From: Candidatus Heimdallarchaeum endolithica
Lineage (GTDB): Archaea; Asgardarchaeota; Heimdallarchaeia; Heimdallarchaeales; Heimdallarchaeaceae
Assembly: GCA_021513715.1 (NCBI GenBank)
Contig: CP084167.1
Coordinates: 1,568,001-1,632,000 of the forward strand
DNA: 64,000 bases
Direction of reading: 5' to 3'
Of this stretch, positions 1 to 8,933 are shown in pieces. The position numbers were made by a program, and so were the translations under genes. The notes below the pieces were generated by a model. It ran no database searches and had not been told where the DNA came from. It was given only the letters and a program-made list of their open reading frames with translations. The stretch's first letter is position 1. Each line of letters begins with the position of its first letter.

Positions 1-2
1 CA

Positions 3-524
3 GGAAATATTATTGATTTCTCTATTGATAAAGAAGTAAATCTTCAAAAAACTCTAAAAGAAGTGTTAAAAAGTAACTTCGCAATAAATGATTACAAACT
101 ATTCCTTGAAAAACTAAAAGATGCAAAAAAGGTACAGCTTTTAACAGATAATGCGGGAGAAATTATTTTTGATTTAGAGTTGTTAGCCTTTCTACAGAAG
201 AGATTAAATAAAAAAGTCATTATAATAACAAAACGTTATCCTTTTTCTAACGATATTACACTAAAAGAAGTTAAAACTCTAACTAAAAAAATCAAATTGA
301 AAGGAAAAATAATTAGTATTAATAACAAAAATTATCAAAATTACAAGAATGAAATAAAGAAGAAACTAGACAACAAAGCAGTAGTTATAAGTAAAGGACA
401 GGGGAATTATGAACTTTTGTCAGACGAAAAACTGAATATTTTCTTCCTTTTAATGATGAAATGCCCTATTATTGCTAAAGAAATAGGTTGTAATGTTGGA
501 GATGTAGTCTTTTTTCAAAAATAA
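3..524 (+). CDS. DUF89/ARMT1-like damage-control phosphatase, 5'-truncated by window edge
   Basis: Frame is open from base 3 (GNIIDF...). Motifs DNAGE, NDIT and ISKGQGNYE. Confidence 0.85.
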   Translation, partial: GNIIDFSIDKEVNLQKTLKEVLKSNFAINDYKLFLEKLKDAKKVQLLTDNAGEIIFDLELLAFLQKRLNKKVIIITKRYPFSNDITLKEVKTLTKKIKLKGKIISINNKNYQNYKNEIKKKLDNKAVVISKGQGNYELLSDEKLNIFFLLMMKCPIIAKEIGCNVGDVVFFQK

Positions 525-783
525 TCTTTCTATGCCAAATTACTAAAAAAGATTATAAACAAACTGATTTAAGTCAAAATAACGAGATATTTATTCATTG
601 TAAAACCTCACTCAAGAAATGGTGAAGTAAAAAAAATGGGCATTAGTAGAAGAAGAAATTAAAAGAAGAGATCTAGATTACCAAGTGCAGCTTACGAAAA
701 AAAGAAGGCATGCTTCTATTTTTTACGTAATTTACAGCTGTTGAGGAAGAAGGAGGAAAAAGAGAAGAGAGGAAGGAGAGGGG

Positions 784-791
784 TTTTTATA
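784..791 (+). promoter_or_regulatory. Candidate TATA box for tnpB
   Basis: TTTTTATA is the main T-rich island in a purine-rich leader, about 60 nt before the ATG. Confidence 0.35.
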
Positions 792-853
792 GGGAAAAAA
801 AGTAAAATAAAAAGAGAAGAAGAAAAAATAAAACAGAAAGAGGAAGGAAAAAA

Positions 854-2314
854 ATGGTGGAGGACGTCGTCAAAACCTTGAAAGTGAGAATAAAGAAGGA
901 GGTATTGACGACGAGGAAGAAGGAAAGGCTAAGGCGAATAACGGGGAGAGACACGAGGATAATAGAGAAGTATGTGAGAATAATACATCATAACAGAAGA
1001 AAAATATGTACTAAAACTAAAAAAGGGAAAATAAGAGTGCATAGAGGAAAATTAGATGAACTGACACTAACTACTTCAAAAGTTAAAGAAGAAGAGAGAA
1101 GAACAACTGTTCCTCACGATCTGAAGAAAATGTTCCCTTATTGTTCTCACAATGAATTCCAAGAGTGTAGAGATATAGCCGTACAATTATATGAACAAGG
1201 GTATAGACCCAGTCCTACTCGTCCTCCAATAAAGAGAGCAAGAAGACAATTAATTAACAAAAAGAGGTTCATTCTCGTTCATCTGCCAAAAGAGAAGAAT
1301 AACACTCTCACTCGTTGGTGGGTGGGGATAAGAGACTCGTTAGATACGTGGAAAAGAAACACTCCTTATCATCAGAAACTATGGTTACCTTTAGAGATGA
1401 GCACTTTCCACCAGAAGGAATTGAAGAAAGGGAGAATAAAAAGTCTAGAACTAAGATATAGACATTCTACACGTGAGTGGTGGGTATATTTCCAACTGAG
1501 AGTTCTTCCTCCTTCTTTTTATCTCACAAGTCAAGGAGATAATTCTTCTTCTCTTCCCCCAGCTGTGCTGGGAATAGATCTAGGTATAAACATTCTTGCT
1601 ACAGGAGTGTTACTGACCCCTAAAAAGAAGTTAACAAACAAAGAGATAAAGTTTTGGTATACCAAACAGTGGAATAGAGTCAATCATAGATATAAACTTA
1701 AACTTTCCCGTCTTCAGAGGAAAGGGGATTTAAATGACCAGTCGGGTAAAAAACACCAACTTTACCGTTTTCTCGGTCTTCTCCGAAGAAGATATAGAAA
1801 CGTTAAACAAGCATATATTCACCAATTTATAAACGATGTTGTGCAGACGATAGAGACCTATGCACGAAGGTATGACCTATTCGTCGTTGTAGGTTACCCT
1901 AAACACATTCGAGAGGAGAAAGAAAAAGGAAAAGGTAAAAGTAGTCGTAAGTTTCGTAGAAAACTTCACCAGTGGAATTTTTTTCTTATTCTTGCTCTTC
2001 TCCGTCGGGCATTGATATTAAGCGGTTTTGAACCTCACCGAATATTAACGATAGAGGAAAAAGGGACATCTTCTCACTGTGCTCGTTGTGGGAGGAAAGT
2101 TATCCGTCCAGTAAGAGGTTTAGTGCATTGCCCCTCTTGCGATTACACTTTCCACTCTGACCTCACAGGAGCAATGAATATCGCTCGTAAGTTCCTTGGT
2201 TCTCTTTTTCGTCCTCGAGGAACTACTATTACTGATTACCTCACTGGTTATAGATACAGTTCTACCCATTTCACCGTTTGTCGAGGGCTCAGCCATTGGT
2301 TGCAGCCCCAGTAG
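854..2314 (+). CDS. tnpB: TnpB-family RNA-guided endonuclease (486 aa), rearranged RuvC type
   Basis: RuvC-I GIDLG, RuvC-II VVVGYP, alternative Glu in IEEKGTSSHC, CxxC...CxxC zinc finger, RuvC-III HSDLTGAMNI. Confidence 0.92.
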   Translation: MVEDVVKTLKVRIKKEVLTTRKKERLRRITGRDTRIIEKYVRIIHHNRRKICTKTKKGKIRVHRGKLDELTLTTSKVKEEERRTTVPHDLKKMFPYCSHNEFQECRDIAVQLYEQGYRPSPTRPPIKRARRQLINKKRFILVHLPKEKNNTLTRWWVGIRDSLDTWKRNTPYHQKLWLPLEMSTFHQKELKKGRIKSLELRYRHSTREWWVYFQLRVLPPSFYLTSQGDNSSSLPPAVLGIDLGINILATGVLLTPKKKLTNKEIKFWYTKQWNRVNHRYKLKLSRLQRKGDLNDQSGKKHQLYRFLGLLRRRYRNVKQAYIHQFINDVVQTIETYARRYDLFVVVGYPKHIREEKEKGKGKSSRKFRRKLHQWNFFLILALLRRALILSGFEPHRILTIEEKGTSSHCARCGRKVIRPVRGLVHCPSCDYTFHSDLTGAMNIARKFLGSLFRPRGTTITDYLTGYRYSSTHFTVCRGLSHWLQPQ

Positions 2315-2540
2315 ACAAAAAGGAAAGCACTAATTCTCTCCTCTTGTGTTAGAGTTAGTTCTTTCTTTTTTGTCTCTCGTGGAGTGAAGAAAAGAGTTTT
2401 TAGTTCTTTTCTTCTTTATGATTCCCACGATTCGTGTATGCTGTCTGTCTCAACCCCTTCATAGCATTGTATGGCTTGGTTGAGTTCAAGAGATTAAACT
2501 TTTACTTATTTTTCTCTTGCAAGACTGAGTGCGAAAAACT
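2315..2540 (+). ncRNA. Putative omegaRNA/reRNA scaffold downstream of tnpB
   Basis: Sits at the element right end. Several stems: CGTGG..CCACG, CTCAACC(2449-2455)/GGTTGAG(2478-2484), CAAGAGA/TCTCTTG. Boundaries uncertain. Confidence 0.55.
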
Positions 2541-3448
2541 TTACGTAAAAAAGTAAATCATGCAACAGAAATAACAAAAGACAATATTAAGGATTTTGAT
2601 GTTTTTGTTTCTTGTGGTGAAGATGGAACAGTTAATGGAATTATAAATGGTTTAGCTGAAACAGATAAAACTCTTGGGATACTACCCATAGGTAACGGAA
2701 ATGATTACGCGACCTTACTTAGCGTTAAAGGATCATATATTCAAGCTCTTAATATTCTTGAAGAAAATAAAAAAACAGAATTAAACCTTGGGTTTGCTAT
2801 CGCTGACACAAAACACTATTTTGCAAACATAGCAGAAACAGGAATCACTTCAGTAATCGCTAAAGCTTCATATACTGAATTAAAATGGATAAAAGGATTA
2901 CCAAAGTATTATATTCTTGGATTAAAAAAAATTTCCAGCTATAAACCTATTCAAGCTCACATCAGAGTTGATAATTATGAAAGAAAAACAAAACTAATTG
3001 TTTGTGCTATTGGCCTTGGTTATCGTTTTGGAGGAGGATTTAACGTTTTACCTGGAAATAAACCCTATTTTGGAGACTTTCAAGTTTGTATTGCTGGTGA
3101 TGTACCAAAATGGAAATGGTACTGGATGATCAACAAAATAAAAAATGGTACACATGGGGATATTAAAGGAGTGAATTTTGTAAGAGGAAAAAAAATCGAA
3201 ATAGAAACTGAAAAACAATTACCTATTGAAGGAGAAGGAGAAGTATTTAGCGAAAATTCAACTAAAGCAACATTTGAGTTATCACAATCAAAGTTAAAAA
3301 TTATTGTTGGAAAAGAATTCTTAAAAAACAAGATTGAATTTGAAACAAGAAACAAAAAGTAATATAACAGAAATTTTGATTTCTTAATAAACTTTATTTT
3401 TTTAAAAATGGTTAATATAATCAATAATATCTTTCTGAGGAAAATCTA

Positions 3449-3901
3449 ATGCATAAGGGGTTTATAACAAGAGAACTCACTAGTGAAGAAATAAGCCACA
3501 AAAAGATATTCATTAAAATCGAAGATAGAGTCTTGTTTCCCCGAGGTATCTTTTTCATAGATTATTTAGATAATTCATTTGGAGTTTACTTATCAGACAA
3601 AGGTTTTTTGGAGGGATTAGAACAGTGGTTTAATGAATTTCCTTCTTTAAAAAAAGGAGATATTATTATTATTGCTAAACACAGTTCTGGTTTTTCCTTA
3701 AATACTACATCACCAATAGTTCAATCTCAGATTTCTTTAATAATGGAAATGCAGAGGGTACAGATGTTAACTGTAGATGATATTCTATGTCCTAACTGTT
3801 ACTACTCTCTAGAAGAGGAAAAACTACCTAAAAATTCTCCTCATTTGTTAAAATTAAAATGCAGTCGATGTGGTTTTATTCTTATAAAAACCAAAATTTA
3901 A
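3449..3901 (+). CDS. Putative B3/DNA-binding pseudobarrel domain + C-terminal Zn ribbon protein (paralog 1)
   Basis: FITRELT..EI...LFP...GL..WF...L..GD pattern; CPNC...CSRC. Confidence 0.6.
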   Translation: MHKGFITRELTSEEISHKKIFIKIEDRVLFPRGIFFIDYLDNSFGVYLSDKGFLEGLEQWFNEFPSLKKGDIIIIAKHSSGFSLNTTSPIVQSQISLIMEMQRVQMLTVDDILCPNCYYSLEEEKLPKNSPHLLKLKCSRCGFILIKTKI

Positions 3902-3963
3902 TTTTAAAGGAAATTTGGCAGAAAATTAATTAATCAATATCATAATATGGAGTATGTTAGACA

Positions 3964-4431
3964 ATGCACGTTGGATTCATTATCCGAGAATTAACAGAAG
4001 AAGAGATTAACCATAAGTGTCTATATGTTTTTGAAAGGGACAGAATACTTTTTCCAAATGTAGGAATTCTTTTTTTTGTCGAATCATATGAAGAAACCTA
4101 TGGAGTAAGAATAGATCAAGAAGGGTTTCTTAGAGGGCTAGAAACATGGTTCTCAAAGTATCCTCACAACCCGGGCGACACAATAATCATAGCTAAAACA
4201 GCTGAAAGTTTTTCTTTAAGTAGTTCTTCTGAACTCATTCAACAAATTATTGGAGAAACATACGAAAAAGTTCGTGTCGATGAAATGGATGAAAAATCTG
4301 AATCATGCCCAAATTGTCAATATCAATTAGAAAGGGCGGCGAAAAAGGAAGATCGTACCATTTTCAAGTGTGCTCGTTGTGGGTTTACTATGGTTAGAAG
4401 AATAAAAGATAATGAAAGTAAAGAGAACTAA
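3964..4431 (+). CDS. Putative B3/pseudobarrel + Zn ribbon protein (paralog 2)
   Basis: Clearly similar to the preceding ORF (MHxGFIxRELT, GFLxGLExWF, GDxIIIAK, CPNC...CxRCGF). Confidence 0.6.
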   Translation: MHVGFIIRELTEEEINHKCLYVFERDRILFPNVGILFFVESYEETYGVRIDQEGFLRGLETWFSKYPHNPGDTIIIAKTAESFSLSSSSELIQQIIGETYEKVRVDEMDEKSESCPNCQYQLERAAKKEDRTIFKCARCGFTMVRRIKDNESKEN

Positions 4432-4441
4432 GTTTTTCATT

Positions 4442-4720
4442 TTAGGTATAAACAAACAGAGCACTCCCAATTACTCCCAAAATGAGAATTAGAAATATCG
4501 ATGTAATAAGAATGTTTTTTATTTTTTCTATTCTCAAACACTTAGGACATAATAAAAGTTTAACATTTTGTGGCTTTTGAGGTGAAAACATTGCTGAAAT
4601 AGCATTTGTTTTCCAATATTCATTAGTACAAGAAGTGCAAATAGGTTTATAGCACCTATCACATTTTGTTTCTGCTTTGACTTCTGTGTGAATATAACAT
4701 TTTTCTTCCATTATAATCAA
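4442..4720 (-). CDS. B-box-like zinc finger protein with C-terminal TM anchor
   Basis: CxxH-x7-CxxC-x4-CxxC, a further CPKC, and a hydrophobic tail. Confidence 0.7.
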   Translation of the reverse strand: MIIMEEKCYIHTEVKAETKCDRCYKPICTSCTNEYWKTNAISAMFSPQKPQNVKLLLCPKCLRIEKIKNILITSIFLILILGVIGSALFVYT

Positions 4721-4733
4721 CCAAGTTATTGAA

Positions 4734-4788
4734 GCCTCAGAAAAAGTCGTTACATCATCATTCAGCTCGTTGCAACTTCATCATAGGC
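4734..4788 (-). ncRNA. Archaeal box C/D methylation-guide sRNA
   Basis: Minus strand reads gccu AUGAUGA aguugcaacgag CUGA AUGAUGA uguaacgacuuuuu CUGA ggc: perfect C, D', C', D boxes and a terminal stem. Confidence 0.92.
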
Positions 4789-4901
4789 ATGTAAGTTTTT
4801 TCTATAGTTTTAAAACCGTTTCTCTTCTACTCAATTTTATTGAATTTGAGTTAAATGTTTTTAAAATTAAAAATCAGGATTCCCTGATTAAAAACAAATT
4901 A

Positions 4902-4976
4902 TGGAGCCCCGGAGGGGAATTGAACCCCTGACCTGCGGATTACGAATCCGACGCTTTACCACTTAGCCACCGAGGC
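4902..4976 (-). tRNA. tRNA-Thr(CGU), CCA encoded
   Basis: Acceptor GCCUCGG/CCGGGGC-U-CCA, anticodon loop UU-CGU-AA, T-loop UUCAAUU. Confidence 0.95.
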
Positions 4977-5210
4977 GAAGTATTCTTTTTTGAAGGTTTC
5001 TTTGTTTGTTCCCTTTTTAATTCTAAAAATTTTTTCATTTGTGATAATGCGAGGGAATTCAATATTCATATAATAATGACTGGGATTTTTTCTGTATGAT
5101 GTGTTGCAGGGTTGGGTAGAGCTCCGAAGAAATTGAGCAAAATTTCAGCTCATATCATCAAAGTATTACAACGTCATTTATTTAGAACCATATTATTCAT
5201 GTTGGAGGAA

Positions 5211-5825
5211 ATGATACACAATATTTGGATTGCTAAGGATACTGGTGAATGCTTATACCATAGAAGATATAATGATGATATTAACGTAGATGAGAATTTA
5301 ATAACAAGTTTTCTCTCTGCAATTGAGATTTTTGCTCAAAATGTCGATTCTGGCTGTGAACAACTTGAAACGAAAAGATACAAATTTGTTTATGCTCAAA
5401 CAGATAATACTGTCACAGTTGCTTGTATCGACAAACAAGATGATGATGCCTATATTAAAAAAGAAGTTGAAGCAATTCAAAATGAGTTTAAATCCCGTTT
5501 CAGCAAAATGTTAGAAAATTGGAATGGAAGAGTGGAATTATTTAGCACAATGGACGAATTTGTTGATAAAAGATTATCCTCTTTTAATTCTATTCTAGGT
5601 TCGTTTAAAAACAAAAAATTGGAGCTGAATGAGATGATCATTAAACAAAAACCTAAATTAAAACTCAGTCCTCAGCAAGAGAAAGTCATATCACTGATCA
5701 GATACAAGGGAACAGCAACATTACAAGACATTTGTAAATGGATGAAATTGACAGAGCCAGATGCAGAGATAGCAGCAAAGAGTCTTTTACACAACAACAT
5801 TATACGTGAGGTTACTAGCGCTTAA
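5211..5825 (+). CDS. Longin-like domain protein with C-terminal winged helix
   Basis: MIHNIWI..TGECLYHR...DENLITSFLSAI..FAQ pattern typical of Asgard longin-like domains. GGAGG precedes ATG 5211. Confidence 0.7.
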   Translation: MIHNIWIAKDTGECLYHRRYNDDINVDENLITSFLSAIEIFAQNVDSGCEQLETKRYKFVYAQTDNTVTVACIDKQDDDAYIKKEVEAIQNEFKSRFSKMLENWNGRVELFSTMDEFVDKRLSSFNSILGSFKNKKLELNEMIIKQKPKLKLSPQQEKVISLIRYKGTATLQDICKWMKLTEPDAEIAAKSLLHNNIIREVTSA

Positions 5826-5837
5826 TTATTTCTTTTT

Positions 5838-6080
5838 CTATTTTACTTTCTTTTTAGGTGAAGACTTGCTCATCCATTCAGGTTCAACTTGTTTTCCAAG
5901 CTCTTTATTAAATTCTTGAACCAAAACTCTAGCTTGCTTAGAAGTATCGACAGTTCTTATTTCACGTTTATAAACGTCAATTCTTTTATTACAATAGGGG
6001 CATTGTTTTGTTTTTTGTCCTGTTTTACAATAAGTAAATTTTCCACAATATCTATTTGAACATCGTACTATTGTATACAC
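5838..6080 (-). CDS. DUF1922-like zinc-ribbon protein
   Basis: GTG start just after the yjbQ stop; IVRC...CGKFTY...KTKQCPYC. Confidence 0.7.
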   Translation of the reverse strand: MYTIVRCSNRYCGKFTYCKTGQKTKQCPYCNKRIDVYKREIRTVDTSKQARVLVQEFNKELGKQVEPEWMSKSSPKKKVK

Positions 6081-6085
6081 ATTTT

Positions 6086-6499
6086 TCACTGTCCAATAAT
6101 TGTAACTGCAACCCTTCGATGTCGACTTCTGACATCTAAGCAGATGAAAACAGCTTGCTGCCATGTTCCTAACTGTAACCTCGAATTATGGATAGAAAGA
6201 GACAAACTCGGACCAATTAAACTTGCTCTTAAATGTGAATGAGCATTTGAATCGATCAGGTCATGTTTGTAACCTGCGCCTTTTGGCACTAGTTTCTCCA
6301 ATATCTGCTTAAAGTCAGTTAGTACTCTTGTTTCATACTCTATCGTAGTTAAAGCACCAGTCGAACCTATTACATTTGCAGATAAAACACCATTCTTTAT
6401 TTTTGATTTAGAAACAAGATCTTCAAACATAGAAGTTAAATCTACAATTGTTATTTCTCCCTTTGTATCAAATTCTAATATTTCAGAATAGACTTCCAT
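6086..6499 (-). CDS. yjbQ: YjbQ/UPF0047 family protein
   Basis: NAHSHLRASLIG and LGTWQ motifs. Confidence 0.92.
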   Translation of the reverse strand: MEVYSEILEFDTKGEITIVDLTSMFEDLVSKSKIKNGVLSANVIGSTGALTTIEYETRVLTDFKQILEKLVPKGAGYKHDLIDSNAHSHLRASLIGPSLSLSIHNSRLQLGTWQQAVFICLDVRSRHRRVAVTIIGQ

Positions 6500-6619
6500 T
6501 TTCTTCTCGAAATACTATTTGTATTATCTTTTTTAATTCTTGGTTTTCATTAAAAGATTGATTTATTTCAAAATCGTAAAAATGTTTATTATCTTTTATA
6601 CGTAAATAAATTGAATAGT

Positions 6620-8890
6620 ATGGTAATACAAGAAGAAAGTAAAGACATTATAGAAGACTCACCTTTTAATCGCCTTGTTCTTGCAGAAATGGAGAGAGAA
6701 CGGCTATATTCTACATTTGCTTTAGTTGATGAATTTAATGAAATTGCATCTTCATGGTTAGAATTTTCAGATTTTTGTGCAAAATCATTATTTAATTTAG
6801 CTAATTTATCATTTCTTCTCTATGAAAGGTATCTTGATGAATTTAATAGGGATAAACAACAAATAGAAATAAATTTTGAACGTAAGAACTTTATTATTAA
6901 AAGAATAGAGAATCTACAACAATTTCAAATGGAAGCAGCTATTTTAATGATTCTTTATGCAGATATTGTTAACACAGGTATTTTTGCGTCTAATCCAGCA
7001 AAAAATTTTTGTTATCTAAATATTGAAGGATATAAGGTTCTTGAGAAAATCTCTTCTACTTATTTTGATACTACTCATCCTAGGGCTTCGTCGATTGAAG
7101 ATATAATGGTAAAGCTATTTACAATAAGTCAAAAAGTTCAAATTGTAAAAATACTGAATGATTCACCAATTAAAAAGGCAAAAGAAACATCTTTTATTCA
7201 GGAACAACTAGAATTGGAGAGGTTGTTAGCTGATTTCGAATTTAATTTTATTTCAAAATTAATTGAAGAACTTGGAAAAAGATGGTGGTGGTATGATCCC
7301 ATTGCTGTACATTTTAGCTATGAAAGAGCGATGAAACATTTAGAAAAAACATTAACTCTTTTAGAATATAGTGAGGAAAATGTTCTTCAAATTAAAGAAG
7401 AAATTAATATCAAACTTTCAACAATTGATAAGATTTGGAGAAATAAAACATTAATTGATCATTTTTATAGAATTACATTAGAAGCAGCCAAAAAAGACAA
7501 CTTTATTGCAAGTATCGAATATCTTAACTTAATATTAGGATTAATTGATGAAATTGTTGAATATTTACAAGATAATATTCATTCAGAAAATGAAGAACAG
7601 TTAAATGAAGAAATACAAGAGAGAAAAACTGATCTAAAGATTTTCCACATTGTCGCTAAACTTGCTTTTTCTGTAGCAGAGATAATAAATAGACAAACTT
7701 CAATAGATGATAAGTGGTTAAAGGAAAAACTTACAGAAATAGAAAATATATGTAAAGATTCCTCTTTATTTTCTAGCTTAAGTTATCTTTCAGAAATTGT
7801 TTACATCTATCAAAGCTTTGTTCAAACAGCAAAAATTGGCATATTAAAAAAGCAAAAAATTGATAAAATTTTGAACAATGCCATTGCACAATTCGAATAC
7901 TATATAGTCAAACTTGAGAATGGTTTAAAAAAGATAGCTAATGATTTTTATAAGAAAGTACATAAAGGAACAATAAAAAGTACAGATTTTAAAAATTACT
8001 TAAAGAGCATTGAAGAGTTAAAGTACATTAGTTTCTTTTTACCTAACTTAGAACAAAAGCTCAATCTCACAAGAGAGATTGAATCAATGGAATGTTATAT
8101 TAAATCAATTGCAGTATTAGAACAATCACAATCTCTAGAATTGTCAGAAATTGAAAAGCTTATTTACTATTCAAAAGCTCATTATTTTTCCAATAAAGCG
8201 TTGGACTTATCTCAAAGCAAAGAAAAAGCTATAATTCCAGACATTTGGCTTGAAGAACAATTCCTTAAAACCTTTACTGAAGGAAGAGAAGTGGAGTTAA
8301 AACTCTTTGAATTGTCTCGCCAATTTCTCTTTTTAAATAAGGTAATAGACGAAATTGCTTATTGTTTTGACATTTCAGAAAAGAGACAAGAAAAAATTGA
8401 AAATTACGGAACAATTATTCAATTTCACTTCAGAAAATTTGAACTCTTTGAAATCATTAACAAACAAATCGAAGAAAATTGTTTAGAGACTTTAAAATAC
8501 AAGGAAATGGCTGATGAAACTGTATCGATTCGAGATAAAAATATTAATTGGCAAATAATAGAAGCTAAAAAGATATTGGCGTCTTCTGCTGATAAATTGA
8601 CTAAAGCACTGAAAAAATGTGCTCTTGGTTATGCTGCAGATAGAGTTAAAGACAACTATAAAGCTGCTGTCTTATTCAACGAAAGCTACAAATTAGTTCA
8701 GGAAGCCTGTAATATTTTAGACCCACTAACTGCATATGATGAGCAATTCGCTGATTTAGCAAAAACAACCTACGAGTTTAATCTTTTTCTAAAAGAACTT
8801 GAACGTTTAGAACTTGAAAAGAAAAAAATAAATGAATTTCCTTTAGAAAAAGTATTGTCTCTTATTAAGAAAATAATTTTCTTTTCGTAA
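6620..8890 (+). CDS. Large all-alpha (solenoid/TPR-like) hypothetical protein
   Basis: Long ORF of amphipathic helices; no catalytic motif recognised. Confidence 0.6.
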   Translation: MVIQEESKDIIEDSPFNRLVLAEMERERLYSTFALVDEFNEIASSWLEFSDFCAKSLFNLANLSFLLYERYLDEFNRDKQQIEINFERKNFIIKRIENLQQFQMEAAILMILYADIVNTGIFASNPAKNFCYLNIEGYKVLEKISSTYFDTTHPRASSIEDIMVKLFTISQKVQIVKILNDSPIKKAKETSFIQEQLELERLLADFEFNFISKLIEELGKRWWWYDPIAVHFSYERAMKHLEKTLTLLEYSEENVLQIKEEINIKLSTIDKIWRNKTLIDHFYRITLEAAKKDNFIASIEYLNLILGLIDEIVEYLQDNIHSENEEQLNEEIQERKTDLKIFHIVAKLAFSVAEIINRQTSIDDKWLKEKLTEIENICKDSSLFSSLSYLSEIVYIYQSFVQTAKIGILKKQKIDKILNNAIAQFEYYIVKLENGLKKIANDFYKKVHKGTIKSTDFKNYLKSIEELKYISFFLPNLEQKLNLTREIESMECYIKSIAVLEQSQSLELSEIEKLIYYSKAHYFSNKALDLSQSKEKAIIPDIWLEEQFLKTFTEGREVELKLFELSRQFLFLNKVIDEIAYCFDISEKRQEKIENYGTIIQFHFRKFELFEIINKQIEENCLETLKYKEMADETVSIRDKNINWQIIEAKKILASSADKLTKALKKCALGYAADRVKDNYKAAVLFNESYKLVQEACNILDPLTAYDEQFADLAKTTYEFNLFLKELERLELEKKKINEFPLEKVLSLIKKIIFFS

Positions 8891-8933
8891 TACCTTACAT
8901 AATCTTTAAAATTTTATCAAAAAATTAACACAC

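Larger units (their letters stand above)
710..2561 (+). mobile_element. Transposase-less TnpB-carrying insertion with AT core and subterminal TTACGTAA inverted ends
   Basis: CATGC occurs at both junctions (709-713, 2559-2563). TTACGTAA at 723-730 and 2541-2548, each 11 nt from the AT. Removing the insert restores the kinase frame. Confidence 0.85.
579..3362 (+). pseudogene. Diacylglycerol/lipid kinase (YegS/DgkB family), split by the 710-2561 insertion
   Basis: N-terminal part 579-711 reads RYLFIVKPHSRNGEVKK/WALVEEEIKRRDLDYQVQLTKKRRH, with an ATA start and a frameshift in the A8 run at 629-636. It resumes in frame at 2562 (ATEITK...SCGEDGTVN...LPIGNGNDYA). GGDGT and IxNP motifs are degraded. 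Confidence 0.85.

Noticed and set aside
2529-2558. GTG start of the 277-aa kinase ORF
   Set aside because: It lies inside the element end; the real N-terminus is at 579-711.
854-2561. Type V CRISPR (Cas12f) locus
   Set aside because: I saw no repeat-spacer array or cas1/2/4 genes anywhere in the window.
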